This document shows positions 39,410-49,100 of a stretch of DNA of 64,000 nt, piece by piece. The DNA comes from Geosiphon pyriformis uo1 (lineage: Eukaryota > Fungi > Glomeromycota). Under the pieces are notes generated by a model. That model searched no databases. It saw only the letters and a list, made by a program, of their open reading frames with translations, and had not been told where the DNA came from. The number at the start of each line of letters is the position of its first letter. Positions within the stretch are counted from its first letter, which is position 1. Both the position numbers and the translations under genes were made by a program. Location of the stretch: positions 1,116,001 through 1,180,000 of the forward strand of contig JAAOMT010000295.1 of the NCBI GenBank assembly GCA_016748015.1, written 5' to 3'.

Positions 39410-39830
39410 TCTACTTGTTGATCTGAATCCCTATATTCTTCTAGCTGTAATCCCTAACTCTTCCCTGTTTTTTACTAACACTAACTGAGCTATTTTTACC
39501 ATAGACAGGAATATTGCTTGTGCTATCTTTTCATTTAGCTCTATAATATAGATCTTTTCTGAGTTATTTTGTAGTATAGCAATGATATTTTCCACATACC
39601 CTGCATCAACTATTCCTTCTCTGATGTTGATTCTCTTTTTTGCTAAACTACTCCTAGATGCTAATTGAACTATAGTAGTCACTGGAATTTTCAGTGCTAT
39701 TTTAAGATCAATATAGGTGCATGAATATGGTTCCAATTTGATGGCATCTTTTCTTGGATATCTCAGATCAAACCCTGTATCAGTATTATGTGTATGTTCT
39801 GACATGATACCTTTATTATTGTCACTATAC
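39410..39830 (-). pseudogene. dut: Trimeric-family dUTPase domain in element D (also A ~14905-15320, B partial 23735-24014, C ~29430-29845)
   Basis: All five motifs recognisable: TGFDL, SRSSLA, GIVDAGY, EKIAQAIF, RRI*GFRST. Confidence 0.9.
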
Positions 39831-42800
39831 CATTTGAGTTCCTGCTTTTTGGAAAGATTAGAAAGTGCAATGTATATTTCAGAGTTTGAATTGGAGTCTA
39901 AATCATTGATATTTTTGTTGCCATTTTGAATGAAGCTAGAACCGTTATTTTTGTTGTTGTCATTGTCGGAATTTGAATCGGGATTGAAATTTGATTCTGA
40001 TTCTAATGCGCAGCTGCTAATTGGTTTTTCTTCTTCTGAGATTATATAGATCATGTGGATTGGTAGATTGTAATTGAGGTCACACTTATTACAATATTGA
40101 AAGTCACAGGAAATTAAACAATGATCACATAATTGAGTGTTGATTTCTTCCAACCATTGTTCTTGTTTTTCTCTAGTGGGTGCTAATTCCTGATAGTGTT
40201 TGTAGAATTGTTCTGAATCTAGTAGATTTATGGCTGGTTCTGGGTTCCAGTCAAGTTCTATGGGTTCAGGTGAGTCATTTTTAATTGTTTTTATTTCTTC
40301 TGGTAATGCTCCTTCAATTTTGGCAAGTGCTATTTGTCAAATTTCATTATTATTGTATGGACATTCATCCAATTGTTTGACTACATGTCTCCAGACAGCA
40401 TCTATGAGTGTTCTTTTTCTTATCTAATTACTTATGAGAATCATGTATTGACATGATTCGTCACATGTTCTTCCTCTCCCAGGAATGTCATTCCACATTC
40501 CTTTGTCAAGAAGAGTTTTTCCACAAGCCAAACATGGCTCATTATCCCATTTTTCCATTCATTTTGGTCTTTCAAAATGTTTTATAATGCATGAGTGACA
40601 GTAAAACTTAGTTGCCATCTGGTATTTCTTATTGTCACCACAGCAAGCACCTATTGACAACAATTTCTTGCCACAATTGATGCATACCAGTTTTGGACAG
40701 TAATAAGCAGATTGCTGTAGTATAGTATAGAAATTATAAGTGGTGGTACTGGTGGATATTAATTCTTCTTCCTTCCCCTTTCCTTTTTCTTTGGTTTTTT
40801 CTTCCCATTCCTAATCTATTAACTCTTCCTGGTTGTTGTTGGTTCTCCAGGCTTGGTCAGAATTCCAGGTAAGTTTTTCTCTTTTCTTTTCTTTTCCATT
40901 GTTGCCTCACAAAAGTACCAGTAGTAACTTATTGTGGTCTTTGTCAGCCCATGAGACTTGATATGTTTTCCAGATAGGTTTTTTTTCTTCTTTCTCAAAC
41001 TCAATAAGAAGTGCTGGCATGTTGGATGTTTTGAAATGACCACACATGGCTGGTACTTATGTGTGTTGACCATTCTGACTGAGTTGGAGCTCCTGTGTGT
41101 TTTAGTCTAGCATGGCATTTGTTTTAACTAGTCAGTCATTTCCAACTAGTGCTTGGTACTGTGTTGCTTCCATCACTAGGACTTTGATGAGTACTATAAT
41201 GTTGTTGATTTCAATGGGTAAATTGTCAATCATGCCAATTGGAGTTTTGGTTACTCCATTGGCTGTTATAATTCTGGCGCTGACAGCTCGATCAATTCAG
41301 CAACCTAATTGGTCCATGAGTTGTTTTGTGATGATGCTGCCAGCTAATCTACTATCTAGAATCAGTTTGATAGAGTGGCCATTGACTTTGGCATTAGTGT
41401 ACATGGCAGTGATAGGTTTTTCCTCAAAGGTGGCTCCATTAAACAACAATATGGCTGACAGTTCCTTGAGTTCAAATGGGAAGATGGTGTTCAGTAATTC
41501 ATTTTTGGTGATGGTAACTGGTGGAATGTTGCTGGTAAATGTTGGTTGTTGGTTGGTTTCCAGATTATTGGGTTGGACATCTTCTGGAGTAATCAGTAGA
41601 CTTAAATAGTATTAGAAATTTGGGTTTTGGGTGTATCTGGTGCCTGAATTCCATTGTCGAGATCCTGATGGCTGGTTCAAGAAACTGGGGATTAGTTGAT
41701 GGATTACTATCAACAATCTCTAGCTTTGTTGTGTTAGTCTTGGCCTTTGGGTTCTGTTTTGAGGTAAGTTCTGAAATGGTGTTTGATTTTGTTGGGGCTA
41801 ATAAATTACCTAAGGCTACAGCTGATAAATAGGTTGGAACTGCAGTTAATAAATTGATGCTGGAGACTGATAAACTGGAAATGAGTATAATTGCTGCATC
41901 ATTGGGATTTGATACAACAACTGCATTATCAGTAAGTAATTTGGTTGATATAGAGCTGGGTTTGATTGATAATTTGGAATTTGAATCTGGCAATTGGGAT
42001 TTCAATATTGATTTCCCAATTGTTAATTATTTAAACATTGACAGCAATTGATTTGCAAGTGGCCTTGTTTACTACAATAGTGGCAAGCATGTGTTTTCTG
42101 CTGTCACTGTTAATTAATCATGAAAGATGCTGAACATGACTGATTTTGGAATCAATTTCTGTTTCCCTGATTGTTGCGTTGTTAGGGAGATTGGTAAATG
42201 GCTTGATTGTTGTTAGCTAAGTACCCTTCTAATTTTTGATTGAGTGAGTTGCTTAATTGCTTCAGTTTGGAATTCAAGTCAGATGATCCGTTTATCACTA
42301 GGTTACAGCTTGGGCATGGTTGGCTTTGAGTTCGGCTGCTTCAAAATCTCTGGCATTTGTAACTGCAGTTTGAAGGTCTGTTGGATGTATTAGACATATG
42401 TGTTAAAGAATGCTGCTGCACAGGCCTCTAATAAATTGATTTAAAATTTGTGGTACTGTGAAATAATCAGCCTATATGACCTGGATTTGGTGCAGATTTC
42501 TGTGAAAGCATCTTAAGTAAGTAGTAACTGCTTTATTTTCTTCTTGCTTAATAATGGTAAAAGTGTTTGCCAATTGGTTAATGCTATTATTATTACTGAA
42601 GTATCCCAAAAATGCGATTTTAAATTTTTGAAATGTTTGGGGTTTGGCAACTAAGCTTTGATATCACAAGTTGGCGGTATCCTGTAAGAAATAAGGGATG
42701 GCTTGGAGTGCTCTCTAGTCATTCCATCTATTGGCCACAATGGCTTTTTCAATGTTGTTAAGTCATATTTGGGCATCTCAAGTTTTGCTATTGGAGTGTA

Positions 42801-43321
42801 GGCCATTGAATCCAAGTTTGGTTGTTGAAGTTGTTGTTGCAGCTGTTGAAGTGACTGTTGTGGTTGCTGTAGTGGTATTTGTTGTGATTGGATTGGTTTA
42901 GCTGGTAGCTAATCAATAACAATTATTGGAGGTAAGTTTTGCTGATTAATTAATTTGGGTTTTGGATTGTCTTAATTTGGCAGTATTTGAATATTCAAAG
43001 TTCTGATTTCTGGATTTTCCAAGTTTAGATTTTGTTGAGTTTGTAGGTTCAGGATTTCAATTTCTGGGTTTTCTGGGATTGGGTTCTGGTAAGTAAATTC
43101 TTAATCTTCGGATTCTTTTTTTTTTTCTTGTTCTCCTTCCAATTCCGTTATTTCCCAAGAACTTGCAGTTCTAAAATCAGATTGGGGTGGTGGAGATTGA
43201 AGTTCTGATAGCATTGGTGATCATAACTTAAATCCTTCAAAATATGTGCTGTATAGTCCTAAAAGATTTTTTTTCCTTTGTTTACTTTGGAATGGGAATC
43301 ATCTAAATGTTGATGTTACAT

Positions 43322-44176
43322 TGTTACAAGTGATTATTTGGGATCTCAGGTCAAATATCAAACCCATAACTTGGTGCTCAAAAGCTATTCATGTTGTAAA
43401 TAATATCTTTAAGTGGTTGGTATCTGAAGGTTTTCCAAATAAGTCTTTTGTATAATGGACAGAGATTCAATAGTTGTTTTATCCGTAGCTTCCCAGACTC
43501 GCAAGTCTGTCAATTCTTTTCTTAGCTTGGTGGCTGGCAATCCTCTGGTAAGTAATTTATATCTTCAGTACGTATTCTACTCACTTGTAGAAGTCTTTTA
43601 TCAGGCAATCCTTGATGTCAGTAATCAGCACTTTGAATTAATTGGTTAGTGCACGATAACAAAATCAAATAAACCTAAAGAAAATAAAGAAATATAATGA
43701 AATAAGCCAAGGCGATTTGCAAGTTAGTATCCTGTCAATAGCTGTGATTAAGAGCTATTGTTCCAGTGTGGTTAAGTATCAATTACTATCAACATGAAGT
43801 ATTGATAGTGAAAAGTGAATTTGATATAGTGAATAATTATTTATTTGAGGATTGTGATAATTAAGCTAAGAATTCTTGGTGTCCATTCTGTTTTTTCTGC
43901 TTTTAATGCTACTGCTATATATACATATTTGAAATTCCTCAATTCCTCAATTTCTTGCGACAGGAATCCTAGAATTCTTGGAATCCTGCGATTCCTGATG
44001 AGAGGAATCCTGGAATTTTGGAATCCTGTGATTTCTTGTCAGAGAATCCTGAAATTCCTGGAATCCTGCAATTCCTCTGAGAGGAATCTTGGAATTCTAC
44101 ATTTACTATGTTTATATCTAATTGGCTAATATCTACTGACTAATAATACTATATTTCCTATATTCTATGAGTAACA
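43322..44176 (-). mobile_element. Solo LTR E (855 bp, U3 array type I) in gag of D
   Basis: TGTTACA...GAGTAACA termini; flanks acat/atgt; D gag frame rejoins (GVSTSN-V-TSTF) when it is removed. Confidence 0.93.
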
Positions 44177-44695
44177 ATGTTTGATGTGGACACACCTGTT
44201 GATGAGATATTGATGGTGCTTCTGGGTGTATAGTGGTATAATAGGTTGGTTGGTAATTCAACTCTGGTTTTCTTCCAAGTGGATGGTTGTATCCTTTGGA
44301 ATGTCACTGCTGGTGTTTGCAGTTTTTTTTTTTCTTTACTGGTGTTTGTAATTGGATATCTTTGTTAGGTGTGATATTCAATTTCTTTATTAATTTCTGT
44401 GATGATGGATGCAAAATTGTGGTTTGTTGATAGACTAGTGTTTTGAATTAATTCGTTGTAAAAGATTTCCCTTGCTAACTTGGTATTTACTGGTGTCCCT
44501 AACAGATAGACAATTCTCTCATTGATGTAAAAATTGAAGGCTGATTCCACTGATATGTGATTATGGTTTAATCCCAAATGTTAACAGTAGTGTTAAAATA
44601 AGAATTTCACGAATCCTAAATAGTTTGCTCTTATTGATTCTAATTCTGCCACTTTTGGATGGTTGTAGTTGGTGCTAGTTCTCTGTAAAATTATA

Positions 44696-44712
44696 CCTCA
44701 CAGGGAGGACCA
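44696..44712 (-). promoter_or_regulatory. Primer-binding site of D (tRNA not identified)
   Basis: TGGTCCTCCCTGTGAGG, 2 nt after the 5' LTR. Confidence 0.8.
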
Positions 44713-44714
44713 AA

Positions 44715-45558
44715 TGTTACAAATAATTATTTGGAGTCTCAAATCAAATAACAAATTCATAACTTGGTGCTCAATATCTTGATAATGCTAGTAATACTAG
44801 TACATTGGTTGTATCTGAAGGTTTCTAGAATGGAGTTCTTTGTATAATAGACAGAGATTTAATTGTTGTCTTCCCAGTAGTCTTCTGGAATCACAATTCC
44901 ATCGAATTTCTTTCTCAGCATGGTGGCCAGTAATCTTAACAGAGATGTCCTTCTGGTAAGCTATCCATTAATATATATACTTCTTATACTTTTCTTTTGG
45001 GGTCTTTTACCAAGCTATTCTTGACATCAATAACTCAATACTTAACTCTTAATTAATTAGTAAAACAAAAAAATAAAAGAAAATAAAAGAAAATAAACAA
45101 AAAAACAATTGCAAGTTAGTATCCCATCAATAGCTGTGATTAAGAGCTATTGTTCCAGTGTAGTTAAGTATCAATTATTATCAACATGAAATGTTAATAG
45201 TGGAAGTGAATTTGAGATAGAGAATAATTATTTATTGATATTTGTGGATTGGAAGGTTACTTAGATAAAATCTAAACTAAGAGGTCTGTCTTTTCTACTT
45301 TTAATGCTATCACTATATATACATAATTTGGGTTCTATGAGATTGCTCACATTTTCGAGCAATGTGCTATAATTTTTCAAGCAATGTTCACATTGCTGAG
45401 CAATGTGCCATATTTTCTTGACATTGCTCTACATTGCTAAGCAATGTGCCATGATTTTTGATATTGCTCTACATTGTTGAGCAATATGTTTATGTGCTAA
45501 CTACTACTTTCTTATTGGTCTACTATTTTTCTATATCTGTTTTTTTTTATGATTAACA
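44715..45558 (-). repeat. Element D 5' LTR (844 bp)
   Basis: Aligns to 34663-35466 with one extra 40-bp unit. Confidence 0.95.
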
Positions 45559-45562
45559 GTAA

Positions 45563-45825
45563 AAAGACAATGCCAGACCCTAATGACTACACTTATTAGT
45601 TCAGAGAAGAAAGTTCACTTTTATAAGAAGTTACAATCAGTAAAAACTAAAACTCTGTGTCTTATAACTAAAAAACTCAATGAGTAAATTTACAACCAGT
45701 AAAACAAGACCTTCAGAGACTGATAATCAAAATTAAGCCACCAGAATTATGTGAAACATGCCTTACCAATAATTGAGAGCACCAAACATTATCATTTTCT
45801 TATTTTACCAAGTTTATCTGTAATA
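45563..45825 (+). repeat. Element C 3' LTR, right part
   Basis: Aligns to 25547-25810. Confidence 0.93.
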
Positions 45826-45829
45826 ATAC

Positions 45830-46000
45830 TTTTTTTAGATATATTATTACTAAAAACAGTCATTAGATTTATTACAAAAGAATTATTTGTTTAAGAAATA
45901 TTGAAAGTAATAATACAAGAAAAACAAAGATAAAAAAAACTTTTTTTTCAAAAAATTGCTCTTTGGAAAATTTTGAACATAAAGAAAAAAGAAGTTTTTT
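45830..46000 (-). mobile_element. LINE-a 5' end relic, piece 1
   Basis: Continues into piece 2 across the C TSD (ISKKV-SKKAFY); its 5' sequence resembles the LINE-b 5' end at ~52750-52805. Confidence 0.6.
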
Positions 46001-46197
46001 ACAAATTATCAGCTGTAATTTTGTTATTTTAATCTATAATAATATTAATAATTATTATTATTATTATTATTTTATTAGAAATTTACGAATACAGCCCAAC
46101 TACTATCTAAATACATAAAATCAAACAAAATTCTAAATTAAATGTGGCTTATGCCTTTTCTACATGTAACCAAACACTCAGTCCAGTCAATATGGTA

Positions 46198-49100
46198 CTA
46201 TACACTTATAGGATTCAGCAAAGAAATACTGCCCAAAAGACCAAAGCCTAAACCAGTAATATGAGGACATAAACCAAAACACATATGAATATCCAATCTG
46301 ATACCAAAGTCACAAATGACTCCAGCAGTCCAAATATTTGACAAACCAGCAACCAATGACACAGCAGATCCATCATGTGATAAAAGATTGTGTTTCTTGT
46401 AAAAGGCTCTCAACTTGGCAGCAGACAACTAAATATTAAACCTATGACTCTCAGCAAGTCTGTAAACCAACTTAACAATCAAACACTATTGGAGTCAAAG
46501 CCAAAACATAGGCTAACATTAGTTGTCCAGCTTTTTAATACAAACTTCTTGGCCAATAATATGTATAAATTACCAGATAATTCAGCCTCATGCAGTGATT
46601 GTACTACCCTACTTCTCACAGCCAAGTTACCAACCAGCTCATATCACTCCATACTTACAGACAATAATAAATTCTTTCTGGTGCTGTTATCATGTGTACA
46701 TAAAAACAAATAATCAGAGTTCTTAATCATTCCACACTTAATACATGCTATGCTGAGATACTTAGAATTATATAATCTTTTTCTTGTGGTAATTGGCAAA
46801 TGATAATACAGAGTTTTTATAAGATAAAACTGTAAAGAAGTCAAAGATAAACTAGTAAAACTGAATCAGATTCTATCATCAGAGTGCCAAACACCAAAGA
46901 ACTTGTTTGCATTATTCTTGCCAACAACACCAACATTTATAATACTGGCACCATATTTGGCTTCCCAACCAACAAAATTGATGGTATTAAACAAACTCCT
47001 AACAAGGTGGTGCATGTTGCCAGAAACAGATCTGTTTTTAACACTAAAAAAGTAACAAGACACACTCAGAGGCAGTATAGACTTAGAAAAAACTGCTGCA
47101 TTAGCAAAAAAATCTACTTGCTCATTTTCGACAATGCCTAAATTTCCTTTGATCTTTTTTTATGTGACTGACAGATTCTTCCTCATAATAACTTGATAAA
47201 TATGCTCTTTTTCTATTCAGTATTTGCAGCAAAAATCAAGACCAAACACACTTTTATCAAACCTACATATATTTAGTGATGTCTGAATGTTAGTAAACAA
47301 AGTGATTATGTTAGAGACTGATACATACTTCAATGCTAAAGTAATGGCTTACAGTTCCACCAATGTAAAAGATAGTAAACCAAGAACTTTTATGCCAACA
47401 CTCACATCAACATTTGAAAAATAGGCTGAACCACCACCACAAACATTAATTGATCCCAAACCACTAACAAAACCATCAGTGTAAACATCAACAAAGCTAT
47501 GCCCAAAGATAAGCAAACACTCAGAAACAAAACCAACATTACAAGCAAAATTGGTGGGAGCAGAATAGGACACCATGACCACACTATTGTCCAAAGCACT
47601 ATTTTTGACAAAATTAGTAACAGAGACAAACCAAATAAGAATTAGACCTCTGGGATCAAGTCTCTTCTATTTGCAAAAAATATTTTAAGTGAAGCACACT
47701 TTTTGATAATTTAGGAGTTGATTGGCAAAAATGAGACTGTATTTTCTAAGAAAATTCTTTACACTCAGATAACCATTTAGGCCCAGCACGTTCAAGATTA
47801 ACACACCAATCCCAGCCCAAAAAATATTAGGAAGAGCACCACTCAAGGAAGTATTACACAAAACAAGAACATGTGTAATACCAGCTAAAAAATAATTCAA
47901 AGGATTAATGAATAATGTGACTAAAAAACAGAAAGAGTGTTAGAGCATCCAGCTGGCTATCTGTAAGTCTATTGCTCTGTGGTTAAAAAACCTACTAAAA
48001 ATCCCACCAGCATTACTAAAATTGACCAGGTTAGCCATCATATTCTTAGTTAGTACTTGCTTAAAAGACTTCAGGCCATATAACTCAAAATGATGCAGTG
48101 CTGCACTAAGAAAATCCTTAGGCAGATTAGTCTTAAGCTTAAGCCCCCTTCTTAATAATTTGTTACATTTTTCACAAATACTTTTAGAGGCAAAGCTAAA
48201 TTGAAGTCTATAACAAATAATGGACTGCAAAACAGCAAAGACCAAATACAAAAGTTGCTTCTCAGTGATGGCTTTCTTTAAAACCACATTTGAAAAAAAT
48301 TTAACATCAACATAAATCTTGGCCAAACTCAGCTTAAACAAGCTCTCAGTTAACAGAAAAATGCCCAAATAATAATGAGACTTGCCTCTTTCAGTCACAG
48401 AAATTCTTGACTCACTAATGAACAGTTCAGCTTTCTGAACACCTTGATTGATGGGTATAGCAACAGTTTTCTCAGTATTTATTAAAATGTTATTTATAAA
48501 AAAAAACTCACTGGCCAAGTTTAAAATATTGGTGTCACCATTAAGCAGTTTTCAATTCAAATAGTATTGTTAACAAAGGCACCTGTAGCAAAGAATGAAG
48601 TTCTGTCATTATTTGGATCAGGTCTGTTAGACTTAGTGTAAAACTTTGAACACATCTTGTAACCATACAATTGTTCATGTTTTTTAACCTTACAAAGCAA
48701 TAGATCATAGAAAATTTGCCATAGTAATGATGAGAATACTTCCTCTTGATCTAGACTATTGTATATAATATAACTATCAAACAGACCAAAATCTGTTATT
48801 ACTTGATTGAATCTGTTATTGTGTGTATCACCAAAAAAGTTTATAAAGCATAGACACATTTTGATTTTGGTTAAACTATTGAGCAAATAAAACCATCCTA
48901 CAGAATTGTAAGCTTTGTGCATATCCTGAAGAACTAATCATAACTCTCTGTTTTTTTCCAAAGTGTCTTTAATAACTGAGCCAACAGCAAAAATAGGGAA
49001 CTATGTAAAAATGCCCTTTAACACCAAAAAATTGTCACTGTGCAAAACATCAAATTTGCTATAAGCCAAAGAGATTCTGTCTAAAAGAATTTTAGACAAA

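Larger units (their letters stand above)
37581..44685 (-). pseudogene. Element D gag-PR-Cys-rich-dUTPase-RT-RNase H polyprotein (interrupted by solo LTR E)
   Basis: CCHC CHYCSKQGHLQINC ~42045-42090 reads through to protease LILDS ~41360; dUTPase 39410-39830; RT PWSSPVVLV, LDLDNGYWQ, YLNDT; RNase H ends NADGLS*MRQI*. Confidence 0.92.
34663..45558 (-). mobile_element. Ty3/Gypsy element D (full length), inserted in the 3' LTR of C
   Basis: LTRs 34663-35466 and 44715-45558; TSD gtga (34659-34662)/gtaa (45559-45562); empty site visible in the C 5' LTR (gagtgaaaagac). Confidence 0.95.
24811..45825 (+). mobile_element. Ty3/Gypsy element C (full length; 3' LTR split by D)
   Basis: 5' LTR 24811-25810, 3' LTR 33869-34662 + 45563-45825, TSD atgc (24807-24810)/atac (45826-45829), PBS and PPT present. 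Confidence 0.93.

Noticed and set aside
41112-41609. 165-aa plus-strand ORF and similar antisense ORFs across the elements
   Set aside because: Antisense shadows of protease/pol; not conserved as open frames between copies
41565-42005. 146-aa Ser/Thr-rich ORF as an extra overlapping gene
   Set aside because: It is the shifted frame of the Gln/Pro/Tyr-rich Gag-PR linker, whose true frame is broken by CAA>TAA mutations
43845-44129. 94-aa ORF with GIL repeats
   Set aside because: Translation of the type I U3 tandem array
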